A DNA stretch of 64,000 nt from Thermoplasmata archaeon (GTDB taxonomy: Archaea > Thermoplasmatota > Thermoplasmata > Lutacidiplasmatales > UBA184). Made by a program: the position numbers and the translations under genes. The DNA is taken from assembly GCA_021809545.1 (NCBI GenBank), contig JAKAYL010000002.1, forward strand, positions 78,411 to 142,410. Reading direction: 5' to 3'. The notes below the pieces were generated by a model that searched no databases, was not told the DNA's origin, and was given only the letters and a program-made list of their open reading frames with translations. The stretch's first letter is position 1, and every line of letters begins with the position of its first letter. Of this stretch, positions 15,814 to 24,887 are shown in pieces.

Positions 15814-18774
15814 CTATCCGGATCCTTCCGAAGCTGGGGGAGCATCGGCCGAGGGGGCGGGGGTATCTGCCGGCGGCGAAGGGGCCGGGGACGACTCCTC
15901 CTTCCACTCCGGGTCCTTGGGGGCGTCGGTGCTCGCCGGGGTCGTCGACTCAGGCTTCTCTCCTGAGGGAGACTCGGCGGGAGGAGCGGCCCCCGACGAG
16001 GTCTCAGAGGAATCCGCGGGTTTCTCCTCCCCCTTCGTGGATCCCGCCCACGTCTGGATCGGCTCCGGCTTTTCTTCCCCCGACTTCTTCGAAGGCGGGG
16101 GAGAGGAGCGGCGGCGGGCCAGCGCCAGCAGGAGGGCGAGGAGGAGCAGGATCACCAGCCCGATGAGCAGGATCACGAGCGGGCTCGACAGGGTCGACGA
16201 GACCGAGGTTCCAGCGCTATGGCCCGCAGGGTTGATGACCGAGATCGAGGCGAACGCGCTGCTGCTCGTGTACGAGGGGGCGCTCACGACGACCGTGACG
16301 AGGATCGCCCCTGCTGTCTTCCCTGCGGTCAGGTTGAACCACGCCACACCGCTCGCGTCCGTGGTCGCGGAGGCCGGCGAGACGGTGCTCCCCGTTCCGG
16401 CGGAGAGCGAAAGGGTGACCGTGGCCGCGGACACCGGCTTCGAGCTCGTGGCGTTGATCACGACGACCTTGAGCGGGGTCACGTTGCCGGTCCAGAGGAC
16501 TGCGGAGGACGGTGTGATCGTCGCAGAGAGGGGAGTGCTACCCGGGGGCGCGATGATGGGACTGACGGAGACCTCCACCACCGCGGCGGCGGAGGTGTTC
16601 GCGTAGCCGCTGACCGAGACCTGGCACTGCACCAAGATCGGTTGGGAGGTCGTGACCGTGCTCGAGGCCACCACCTTGAGAAGCGACTTGCCCGCGGCGT
16701 CGGTGGGAGCCGGGGGTGCCGAGAGCGTGCCGGGACCCGTCAGCGTGGCGGTCACGGTGGCGTTCGGAAGCGGGCTTCCCCCGGGGCCGTTGACCGCGAG
16801 GGTGAGATTCGTGCTGTTTCCGGGAGCGATCGAGGAGTTGAGCGGGGAGAGGGCCGCGGTCATCTGGAGTACCCCTCCTCCGGAACCTCCGCCCGGAAGT
16901 ACCGTGATCCTCGTGGACCCGGAGGTGGGAAGCGCCCCCGGGAGGCTGACGTTGATCCGGGAGGTCACGTTGTACTCGACCGGGCTGGAGCTCGGGGTGA
17001 CCCAAGAGAGGGTTGCCGTCCCGGCACTGTTGGTCGTCCCGGTGACGAGGAGAGGGGTACCGAACGGGAAGGAGGCAGACACCGTAGCACCCGAGGCGGG
17101 AGAGCGGGCCAAGGCTGTCCCCGTGGTCACATTGACCTTGAGCGTGACCGTCCCCCCGGAAGTCACGGGATTGGGGGTCGCTAGGGTCGAGACGATCGCG
17201 AGCGCAGGCGGAGCGGGGGCACCGTAGGCCGCCACCTGGGCGGTCGGACCCCCGTTCACCGGGTCAGCGACCGCGTAGAGGCGGTCGTAGCCAAGGGCAA
17301 AGGAGGATCGGACGGGAGCGCCGAGGCTGGCGTTCCAGAGCGCGGCTCCGGTGCTGACGTTCAGGGCAAGGAGTCCGCCCGTGCCATTCCCCACGTAGAC
17401 CGTGTTGCCGGCGATGGCGGGGGAACCCGCGCTGACGGCCGGGGCTCCAACCGTCGTCACCCAGACTTGGGTGAGGCTAGGGGTACCCGTAGGAGGATCG
17501 TAGAAGTTCCATCGGCTGACCGTGCCGTTGAGATCGGTCACGATGAGACCGACCCCGGACGCGTTCGTCCGGACCAGGGCCGGGGCCGAGAGCACCCCAT
17601 TATCGTTCGGACCGACGAGCTGAGAGGAGGCAAGGAGGGGGTTCGCAGGATTGGAAAGGTTGACCGCGTAGAGCAGGCTGGTCTGGCCCGCAGGGTGGTG
17701 GTCCCCGAAGAATCCCACGGGAAACACGCCGCCAGGGGTCGAGATGTTGGCGATGGAGATCGACCCGGAGTTCTGCCCGCCCGCGAAGGTCATCGTCGCC
17801 GTGCCGATGGGGCTGGCGAGAGGATACCCAGCGACGAAGTTGAGGGCGCTCGCATTGCTGACGCTCACGGCGTCGATCGCGGAATTCGCCGCATCCAGGT
17901 AGAAGGACGCCCAGCCCGTGCCCGGGAGATAGGCGAGCGAGGGTGTGGAGGTGGTCCGGTCACCGCCCGCGCTGGTAGTCCGGGCAGCGATGTTGTTGCC
18001 GACCGGGAGGACGGCCGTGCCGTTCCAGGTGTAGGTGTATTCGTAGCCCATGTGGTTCAGGAAGAGGAATCCCGAGCTCCCGTTGAAGTCGCTCGCGTTG
18101 AGGGGCACGGGAGAATTGGACTCGGGGTCGCCGCTCCAGACCGTGCCGCCCGTGTTCGGTTGGGTCACATTGAGGAGGGCGCCGGTCGCCGCGTCCAGGA
18201 CATAGAGGTAGCTGCAGAGGTTCCCGACGCAGGCGGGGAACCCCCCGGGCGTGTTGGAATCCTGCGAGACGATGAGGAGGCCATTCCACAGGAGCGGGGT
18301 CTCGTCGACGACCAATCCCGCTCCGCCAGCGTTCGGGGTCAGCGTGGTGTTCCATGCCTTCAGGCCGGTCGATGCGTTGTAGGCAGTGATGGCGTTGCCG
18401 GTGGGGACGTACACGTTCCCATAGCCCGCCACGGGGGACCCGACGAACGGGGCGTGCGCGCCGTCAGCGAAGGTCGGGAGCGAGGCGTTCCACGACAGAT
18501 TCGAGCCCACGGGGGGGTTCCCGGAGACACCCGAATTCTGGGTGTCGTGCTGGAATTCCAACCAGAGGTCTCCCGAGGTGGTCGCCGAGGGGAGTGGGCT
18601 CCCACCGATTTGGGGAGACAGAGAGGGCGCCGGAGAGGAGACCGACGACGAGGCGACCGCAGTCCCAGGGAGCACCGCGAACGAGGAGACGAGGAGCGCC
18701 AGCAGCGTGCCGAGCACGAGGGCGTAGCTCGCGTAGCCTGTCGGCCGACCCTGGAGCGCGTTAAGATTTGACAT
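15814..18774 (-). CDS. large cell-surface protein (PQQ-like beta-propeller repeats, Ig-like domains, C-terminal TM anchor)
   Basis: 986 aa. N-terminal signal/anchor YALVLGTLLALLVSSFAVLP, then repeated propeller-blade motifs (GNVYVPTGNAITAYNASTGLKAWN; GNTVYVGNGTGGLLALNVSTGAALWN). Next come Thr/Ser/Val-rich Ig-like repeats with many N-x-S/T sequons, TM LVILLIGLVILLLLALLLAL, and a Pro/Glu/Ser-rich cytoplasmic tail. Confidence 0.75.
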   Translation of the reverse strand: MSNLNALQGRPTGYASYALVLGTLLALLVSSFAVLPGTAVASSSVSSPAPSLSPQIGGSPLPSATTSGDLWLEFQHDTQNSGVSGNPPVGSNLSWNASLPTFADGAHAPFVGSPVAGYGNVYVPTGNAITAYNASTGLKAWNTTLTPNAGGAGLVVDETPLLWNGLLIVSQDSNTPGGFPACVGNLCSYLYVLDAATGALLNVTQPNTGGTVWSGDPESNSPVPLNASDFNGSSGFLFLNHMGYEYTYTWNGTAVLPVGNNIAARTTSAGGDRTTSTPSLAYLPGTGWASFYLDAANSAIDAVSVSNASALNFVAGYPLASPIGTATMTFAGGQNSGSISIANISTPGGVFPVGFFGDHHPAGQTSLLYAVNLSNPANPLLASSQLVGPNDNGVLSAPALVRTNASGVGLIVTDLNGTVSRWNFYDPPTGTPSLTQVWVTTVGAPAVSAGSPAIAGNTVYVGNGTGGLLALNVSTGAALWNASLGAPVRSSFALGYDRLYAVADPVNGGPTAQVAAYGAPAPPALAIVSTLATPNPVTSGGTVTLKVNVTTGTALARSPASGATVSASFPFGTPLLVTGTTNSAGTATLSWVTPSSSPVEYNVTSRINVSLPGALPTSGSTRITVLPGGGSGGGVLQMTAALSPLNSSIAPGNSTNLTLAVNGPGGSPLPNATVTATLTGPGTLSAPPAPTDAAGKSLLKVVASSTVTTSQPILVQCQVSVSGYANTSAAAVVEVSVSPIIAPPGSTPLSATITPSSAVLWTGNVTPLKVVVINATSSKPVSAATVTLSLSAGTGSTVSPASATTDASGVAWFNLTAGKTAGAILVTVVVSAPSYTSSSAFASISVINPAGHSAGTSVSSTLSSPLVILLIGLVILLLLALLLALARRRSSPPPSKKSGEEKPEPIQTWAGSTKGEEKPADSSETSSGAAPPAESPSGEKPESTTPASTDAPKDPEWKEESSPAPSPPADTPAPSADAPPASEGSG

Positions 18775-18882
18775 GCTAGTTCAATGAACCATGCCCTATT
18801 AAGTGTGACTATCCGTCAGACGAACCCTGAGGACGGCCCGGGGGGCGGGTCCTTTAACTCCCGAAGCGGTAGGTCTTTCCCC

Positions 18883-19491
18883 ATGACACCCCCGCGAACT
18901 CCCGGGTTGCCCCCCACAAAGCCCCATCCGAGGGTCTTCGCCTTCGACGATGCGCCCTTCACCTTCGAGAGCCCTCGAACGGCGGTAGTGGGCCTCATCG
19001 TCTCACTGCCGTCCTACATCGAGGGGGTCGTCCGCGGGGAGGTCGAGGTGGACGGAACGGACGCGACCCGGGTCCTGAGGGAGCTCATCGCAGGCTCCGG
19101 GGCCGCTGAGGCGACCCAGGCCGTGCTCTTGGACGGGATCTCCTTCGGGGGCTTCAACGTGGTCGACCTCGACGAGCTCCACTCGGCGACCGGGCTCCCG
19201 GTGATCACTGTCACCCGCCGCAAACCGGATCTCGACGCCATGGAGGCGGCCCTACGACAGCATTTCCCGGAGAAGACCGAGGCCCTCCGTCTCCTGCGGG
19301 CCCATCCGCTGTTCCGTTTCCCCCAAGACCCCCAACCCCTCTGGCTCTCCGCCGTCGGGGCGACGCAGGGAGAGGCCATCCAACTGCTCCGGAAGAGCTT
19401 GGTGCGGGGCTCGTTCCCCGAGCCGCTCCGCCTCGCTCACCTCGTCGCCTCGGTGATCCCCCCGGGGCCCATCTCCCGTTCCCGGGCCTGA
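18883..19491 (+). CDS. DUF99 (UPF0215, endonuclease V-like fold) family protein
   Basis: ATG 18883 lies 24 nt downstream of a TTTAAC box. VFAFDDAPFTF...VVGLIV...VEVDGTDAT...AVLLDGISFGGFNVVDLDELHSATGLPVITVTRRKPD matches the DUF99 pattern as I remember it. Confidence 0.75.
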   Translation: MTPPRTPGLPPTKPHPRVFAFDDAPFTFESPRTAVVGLIVSLPSYIEGVVRGEVEVDGTDATRVLRELIAGSGAAEATQAVLLDGISFGGFNVVDLDELHSATGLPVITVTRRKPDLDAMEAALRQHFPEKTEALRLLRAHPLFRFPQDPQPLWLSAVGATQGEAIQLLRKSLVRGSFPEPLRLAHLVASVIPPGPISRSRA

Positions 19492-19522
19492 AGGGAGGGG
19501 GCCGCCCCGGTCGGGCCCCAGG

Positions 19523-19528
19523 TTATAT
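19523..19528 (+). promoter_or_regulatory. TATA box (TTATAT) for the VWA / Cys-cluster gene pair
   Basis: TTATAT lies 26 nt upstream of ATG 19554. The same hexamer occurs at the same spacing before thrS, tRNA-Gly, the PLP enzyme gene and the 57386 gene. Confidence 0.45.
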
Positions 19529-19553
19529 TGGGAGGGTACCATTGTATCCCCGG

Positions 19554-20819
19554 ATGCCGACCGAGGACGCAGGGGGCGAGAGCGCTCGCGTGGAGGACTT
19601 CCGGTACCTCCTGCCGCGGCAGTTCGGCTACGAGCTCTCCAAGGAGCAATTCGCCCTCTACGTCCGGATCCCCTTCGTGAACGTGACGGACGTCACTCCG
19701 GATGCGCTCAAGCTCCTCGAGCGGAACCTGGAGCGGTGGGACCGGGAGATCCGGGAGACGATGCTCACCACGTTCCTCATCGCCGACAAGGATTTCATCG
19801 AGATCGAGACCGACCGGTTCCTCGGCCTCATCAAGGACCGCACCGTCGGACCCATCCGGGAAGCGGTCCAGGACGTGATGCGCCGGATCGAGACGGGGCG
19901 GGATCAGAAGCTGCGCCGCATCATCAACGAGATCTCCACCGAGCGCGAGGGTGAGCTCCTCTCCTCGGTCCGCCACGGGGGCAAGGCCGCCCGCCGACTG
20001 GTGGTGGGGCGCCGGGGCCGCGTGGTCGCCTACCGGACCGCCGGACCCGAAGGACCGTCGGATGTCGCGGTCATCCCCACCATCCGCGCGGCCATCCGGC
20101 GCGGGGCCAAGATGGGCCGGAACTCCCGCCTCGACATTGGATTGCAAGACCTCCAAGAGAACATCCGGTACGCCCGGATCGGCTCCTATCTCGGGCTCGT
20201 GGTCGACAATAGTACCTACGACGAGGAGGCCAAGGAGCAGATCGAGGGCATCATCCGTTCCCTCCTCCTGGACGCCTATGAACGGAGGGACCGCGTGGCC
20301 CTCGTCTACTCTCGGGGGGACCATGGGCGCGTCGTGAGCGATTTCACCTCGGACCTCGAGCTGGTCCGGGCGACCTTCGAGAAGGCGGAGTGGGGCGGGC
20401 TCAGCCCCTTTGCCTCCGGAGTCATGGAAGCGACCAAGCTCTTCCTCCTCCGGCTCGCGGACACCATCGACGCTGTCAAGATCCTCCTCCTTGTGACGAC
20501 CGGCAAGTCGAACGTGGCCATGGTCCAGGGGGGGAACCTGCGCCGGGAACTGGAGTTCCTCCCGCGAACCCTGCAGTCGATCGACATCGCCACCGTGGTG
20601 GTCGACGTGACGGCCTACGGCTCCCCCTTCCTCCGGGAGTTTGCGACCCGCGCCGGGGCGCACTACTACCACCCGAGCACGGTCCGCTACCACAAGGTCA
20701 CCCTTGCGAACGAGATGCTCTCGGCCTTCGAGTCCGGGGAGAAGGAGCGCTCGGTCGAGGTCGGCAAAGCGTTCCTGGACAAACTCCGGCGGAGCCAGGG
20801 AGCGGGAACCGGATCGTGA
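19554..20819 (+). CDS. ChlD/BchD-like von Willebrand factor A domain protein lacking an AAA+ module
   Basis: Start refined to ATG 19554 (the track uses TTG 19542). GRRGRVVAYRT...DVAVIPTIRAAIRRG...DIGLQDLQENIRY...LGLVVDNSTY resembles the linker-plus-VWA half of Mg/Co-chelatase D subunits. The MIDAS DxSxS is degenerate (DNSTY). Confidence 0.75.
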   Translation: MPTEDAGGESARVEDFRYLLPRQFGYELSKEQFALYVRIPFVNVTDVTPDALKLLERNLERWDREIRETMLTTFLIADKDFIEIETDRFLGLIKDRTVGPIREAVQDVMRRIETGRDQKLRRIINEISTEREGELLSSVRHGGKAARRLVVGRRGRVVAYRTAGPEGPSDVAVIPTIRAAIRRGAKMGRNSRLDIGLQDLQENIRYARIGSYLGLVVDNSTYDEEAKEQIEGIIRSLLLDAYERRDRVALVYSRGDHGRVVSDFTSDLELVRATFEKAEWGGLSPFASGVMEATKLFLLRLADTIDAVKILLLVTTGKSNVAMVQGGNLRRELEFLPRTLQSIDIATVVVDVTAYGSPFLREFATRAGAHYYHPSTVRYHKVTLANEMLSAFESGEKERSVEVGKAFLDKLRRSQGAGTGS

Positions 20820-21934
20820 CCTCGACCGAACACGGGACCCACGTTCCCATATCCTCGCGGGCCCGGGAAGAGAGGGACGGCAAGGAACCGACGGTCGATT
20901 TCGGCCTCCTGAGCGGGTTTTCCTTTGCCTGCCGTCCCGACTGCGGGCTGTGCTGCTACGCCACCCCGGCCGTCTCGGCCGAGGAGAGTGCTCGATTGCT
21001 CCAAATCGAGCCCTCGACCCCCTTTCTCGAGGGACAGGGCGGGTATTCTTTGATCGCTAGCCGCCCGGAGGGCGGGGCCTGCCATTTCCTCAAGGCGAAT
21101 CGGTGCCGGTGCCACCCGGACCGCCCGTTCCCCTGCCGGGAATACCCCCTGACCGCCCATGTCGGCACGAGGGTGCAGGTGACGACTTGCCTCAGCTGCC
21201 CCGGGGTCGATCTCTCTCGTCTTGCCCTGTGGAACCGGGCCGATGGCGCCCACTCTCCCGCCGTCGGCTTCCAAGAGGAGATCGCGGCGATCACCGCTGA
21301 GACCCTCAAACACCCCGTGGGAGTTTGGATAGAGTTCAACTCCCGCCGGGTGGCGAAGCTACGGATGCGGATGCAGCGCCACGAACTGTGGTCAGAACCC
21401 GACGAACTGCGTGCCCGTCTGCTCGCCGAACTCCCGCTCCCGGGATCCGACGACTTCCCCCCGGGATCCCCCCCCACCGAGGAAGAGGGGCTCGCCACGC
21501 TCCCCCTCTTCTACGAAAAGGATCGAGGGTGCGTATCCTTCTATGCCCGCGAGGAAGGGTGGGCTGCGTTCGTCCTCCGGGAGACCGGTGGAAAGGGAGA
21601 TTCCCTCGGAGTCTTCGCCCCCCCGGACACCCCTCCGTCCCTCACCCCGCAGGCGGAGCAGCTCCTGCGAGGATACCTGGCCTATCTCGTACGGCGGGAC
21701 CAGTTGCTCTGGGCGGTCTACTACGAGACCGCCCACCACCCGGATGCCTCCCTGGAGGAACTCGCGGAGGCGTTCCTGCTGGAGGCGGGGACGCAAGTGA
21801 TGGCCCGCGCCTTCTTCCGGGCCCGAATGAACGGGCTGACCGGGAAGCGGCTGGAAGTCGAGGACTTGGAACGCGGGATCCGGGCCACCGATTCCGACCT
21901 CCTCGACCTCCCCACCTACGGACGGGTCCTGTAG
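20816..21934 (+). CDS. YkgJ-family Cys-cluster (zinc/iron-chelating, CxxxCxxCC) protein with long C-terminal extension
   Basis: GTG 20816 overlaps the VWA stop (GTGA). CRPDCGLCCY...GACHFLKANRCRCHPDRPFPCREYP is the YkgJ/UPF0153 signature, followed by about 250 aa that I cannot assign. Confidence 0.7.
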   Translation: MTSTEHGTHVPISSRAREERDGKEPTVDFGLLSGFSFACRPDCGLCCYATPAVSAEESARLLQIEPSTPFLEGQGGYSLIASRPEGGACHFLKANRCRCHPDRPFPCREYPLTAHVGTRVQVTTCLSCPGVDLSRLALWNRADGAHSPAVGFQEEIAAITAETLKHPVGVWIEFNSRRVAKLRMRMQRHELWSEPDELRARLLAELPLPGSDDFPPGSPPTEEEGLATLPLFYEKDRGCVSFYAREEGWAAFVLRETGGKGDSLGVFAPPDTPPSLTPQAEQLLRGYLAYLVRRDQLLWAVYYETAHHPDASLEELAEAFLLEAGTQVMARAFFRARMNGLTGKRLEVEDLERGIRATDSDLLDLPTYGRVL

Positions 21935-22063
21935 TCGCAAGGGGGCATCCCTTCGCCGACCGGGGGAGGGCTTCTTCCGGCCGCCCCGGTCGCTACATCG
22001 GGGCCTACGAACAAGGAACGGGCTAACCGGTAGCTTCATAGCCGAAACCACTATGCACGCCCC

Positions 22064-22354
22064 ATGGCGACTATCGCGAGTCTGAAAGCCAACTCCAGTG
22101 CGACGATCGAGGCTACCATCTCTGCCATTTCTCCTCCTCGCCGAGTGAGCACCCAACGCGGAGAGACCGATGTGGCGGATGCCACGCTCAAGGATGAGAC
22201 CGGGACCGTTCAGTGGACCCTCTGGGGCGACGAGATCCGGCAGTACTCCGTGGGACAGAAGATCAAGATCTCCGACGGATGGGTCAAGGAATTCCGCGGC
22301 AAGCTCCAAATCTCCAAGGGGCGCGGCGGCACCGTCACGGTTCAGTCCGACTGA
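22064..22354 (+). CDS. single OB-fold nucleic-acid-binding protein (mini-SSB-like)
   Basis: 96 aa: IEATISAISPPRRVSTQRGETDVADATLKDETGTVQWTLWGDE...GQKIKISDGWVKEFRGKLQIS, the pattern of tRNA/helicase-type OB folds. Confidence 0.65.
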   Translation: MATIASLKANSSATIEATISAISPPRRVSTQRGETDVADATLKDETGTVQWTLWGDEIRQYSVGQKIKISDGWVKEFRGKLQISKGRGGTVTVQSD

Positions 22355-22360
22355 ACCGCC

Positions 22361-23692
22361 CTATATCCCCACTAACAGCGCGCCGAAGGTCACCGCAACG
22401 GTGATCAGCGTCAGCGGGACCCCGTAGCGGACGAACCGGTAGAACGAGATCTTGACCCCGGCCCGCTCGGTCTGGGTCAGCACGATGAGGTTGCTCGCGG
22501 CCCCCATGAGGGTGAGGTTCCCGGCAAGGGTGCTCCCGGCCGCTAGGGCCATCCATACCTCCGGTGCGGAGCTTCCGTACCCCAGGTGCTGGAGGAAGGG
22601 TATCGAGAGCGCGGTCCAGGGGACATTGGAGAGAACCTGGCTCCCGAGCACGCTCGAGACGAGCACCCCCGCCAATGTCCCGGCCGAGGGATGACCCGCC
22701 GTCGCTGCGGGAATGGGAAGGATGTTCCCCATCCCTGCAAAGAGCCCTGCTATCGAGACGGCGCCCATCACAACGAACAACCCGACGAAGAGAAGGAGCG
22801 TGTCCCAGTCCACCTCATCGAGCAGGCTCTTTCCCGCCGGGTGAAGCAGGAGGAGCAGCAGGGCCCCGGCAAGGGCGATCGCCCATATCGGGAGCGCAGG
22901 CATGCCGAACAAGCTGGAGCCCAGATCGTTGAAGAGGAGGAAGGACACCGTCCCCGGAAAGATGAGGACCGAGGGACGGCGGCGGATCCAAGGCCACCAC
23001 CCGCCCGCAGGGGAGGCGGGAAAGAAGGAGATGCTCTTCGGTTCGAGCTTCTCGGGGTGGCCCCCGGCGGCCCGGGAAAGCTCCGGACCGAACCATCGTC
23101 CCACGAGGTAGCCCCCGATCGCGAGGTTCAAGAGCGTCGGGAGAACGAGATAGCGCGCGAAGGTCGAGAACGGAGAGGAGATCCCGCTCGAGAGGGCGAC
23201 CAGGGCGTTCTGAGGGTTACCGAGCGGAGTCATCACGCTGCCCACCGTGACCGCATAGGCGATCGTCAGGAGGAGCGGAATGGGGGGTACCTTCGCTCTC
23301 TTGGCGAGGGAAAGCATGAGAGGAACGGAAAGGAGGACGATGGCATCGTTGACCAGGAACGCGGAGAGGAGACCGAACCCGACGAAGAGGTAGGTGGGGA
23401 GCCGCTCCACGGTCCCTCCCCGCGCCAGGAGCCAGCTGGCAAGGTGGGTCAGGACCCCGGCCTTCTCCAGGGCGACGGCAAAGACGAACATAGAGAACAG
23501 GAAGACCAGGACGGAGAAGTTGACCGCCCCGAGCGCTTGCTGCGGGGTGAGCACCCCGAGAGCGATCATGACGGCCCCACCCGTCAGGAAGAACACCGAG
23601 AGAGGGGGTCCGCGCAGAAGCAACTGGCGGGCGATGACCGCTGCGTAGAGGACGAGGAGGACGCCCAGCGCGAGGTCGAAGGAGTCCACCAC
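22361..23692 (-). CDS. ArsB/NhaD/CitMHS-superfamily anion permease
   Basis: 443 aa with about 11-12 TM helices. LSAFLVNDAIVLLSVPL and GSTLAGNLTLMGAASNLIV are typical of this permease superfamily. Confidence 0.8.
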   Translation of the reverse strand: MVDSFDLALGVLLVLYAAVIARQLLLRGPPLSVFFLTGGAVMIALGVLTPQQALGAVNFSVLVFLFSMFVFAVALEKAGVLTHLASWLLARGGTVERLPTYLFVGFGLLSAFLVNDAIVLLSVPLMLSLAKRAKVPPIPLLLTIAYAVTVGSVMTPLGNPQNALVALSSGISSPFSTFARYLVLPTLLNLAIGGYLVGRWFGPELSRAAGGHPEKLEPKSISFFPASPAGGWWPWIRRRPSVLIFPGTVSFLLFNDLGSSLFGMPALPIWAIALAGALLLLLLHPAGKSLLDEVDWDTLLLFVGLFVVMGAVSIAGLFAGMGNILPIPAATAGHPSAGTLAGVLVSSVLGSQVLSNVPWTALSIPFLQHLGYGSSAPEVWMALAAGSTLAGNLTLMGAASNLIVLTQTERAGVKISFYRFVRYGVPLTLITVAVTFGALLVGI

Positions 23693-23713
23693 GTTGGGGT
23701 CCCGGGAGAGGGT

Positions 23714-24769
23714 CTACCCGGAGGGCCGCGGCGCCCGGGTCGCTCCGGCGGTGAGTCCGAGGGAGGAGTTCGTCAGCGCCATGGATCGGAGGGAGTCCGT
23801 CTCCAGCGAGAAGGCGGCGCGTACGGCGTCGATGTTCTCGGGCACCACGATGGATTCCTGGTGGATCGCCTGGAAGAAGTAGAGTTCCCGCCCGTCGAGC
23901 TTGATCCCATTCTCCCAGAGCACGTTCTCCATCACATCGCTTCGTGAGCCGCCGCGGTCCCGGGCCCACTCCATCACCTGAGGGGTTCCCTCCACACCGG
24001 CGGTGCCCGCGAAGAGGACGAACCGGGGCTCGCCCGAGAGGAGGCTGTGCACAGCCCCGACCCCCGATGGGGGGCGCTGGAGCGTGACGTGGTTGAAGTG
24101 CACGTGCATGAGTGTCGTAGGAACGACCACCGCGGCCGTCGTGATGTTGAGGCCGGGCAGCACGGTCTGGACATCCGGCCCGTGGTGCGACGGGAGCTTC
24201 ATCGTGGGAAGGATGCCGTTGATCGGGCCCTTCTTGGACTCCCCGGGGTCGGCCGCCCTCCGGATGAGCGTGGTCTCCCAGCGCTCGACACCGTAGTGCT
24301 GGGTCAGCAGCGCGCCGGCGCGGGCCAGCCCGGTGGTGTTGCAGGAGACCACCCTCAGGCGCTTCGCACCGACACAGGTCGCGTAGTTCGCCATCGCACT
24401 GAAGGAATGTTCGGCAATGGTGGATTTCTCGCCCCCTTGCCAGATCGCTCGGATCCCCACCTTATCGTAGAGCTCCTTGTTGACGGCCCCCACCTTCTCG
24501 GGCGTGCAGTCGATCACCACGTCCGCCTCCCGGAGCAGGTCCTCCAGTGTCCCGGACAGATGGACCCCCGCCGCCGCGAAGTCCTCCCTCTTCCCGTTGC
24601 CTGCCACGAAGAGCTTGTACCCCTTCTTCACGGCCAGCTGGGCCTCGAAGGTGGGCTGCACCTTCGCGACTCCCACGAGCGTCATGTCCTTCTGCGCGGA
24701 CACCGCATCGGCCACGCGCTTGCCTATGGTACCGTACCCGTTCACCGCCACTTTGATGGACACGTTCAC
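23714..24769 (-). CDS. gap: type II (archaeal) glyceraldehyde-3-phosphate dehydrogenase
   Basis: KVAVNGYGTIGKRVADAV and active site VVSCNTTGL. Start refined to GTG 24769 (MNVSIKVAVNGYG), 26 nt downstream of a TTAATTAT box; the track ORF extends to 24805. Confidence 0.92.
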   Translation of the reverse strand: MNVSIKVAVNGYGTIGKRVADAVSAQKDMTLVGVAKVQPTFEAQLAVKKGYKLFVAGNGKREDFAAAGVHLSGTLEDLLREADVVIDCTPEKVGAVNKELYDKVGIRAIWQGGEKSTIAEHSFSAMANYATCVGAKRLRVVSCNTTGLARAGALLTQHYGVERWETTLIRRAADPGESKKGPINGILPTMKLPSHHGPDVQTVLPGLNITTAAVVVPTTLMHVHFNHVTLQRPPSGVGAVHSLLSGEPRFVLFAGTAGVEGTPQVMEWARDRGGSRSDVMENVLWENGIKLDGRELYFFQAIHQESIVVPENIDAVRAAFSLETDSLRSMALTNSSLGLTAGATRAPRPSG

Positions 24770-24794
24770 ACCTGTTGCGACCATCCGCGGGTCG

Positions 24795-24802
24795 ATAATT
24801 AA
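24795..24802 (-). promoter_or_regulatory. TATA box (TTAATTAT on minus strand) for gap
   Basis: AT-only octamer, 26 nt upstream of the GTG that gives the canonical GAPDH N-terminus. Confidence 0.4.
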
Positions 24803-24887
24803 CATTGTGCTCCGGGCCGGGACCGGGTGCGGTCGGCGGACCCTGCATGCGATACCGCTAACTTCGCGGCCGCTCTCGGAGAGCCCG

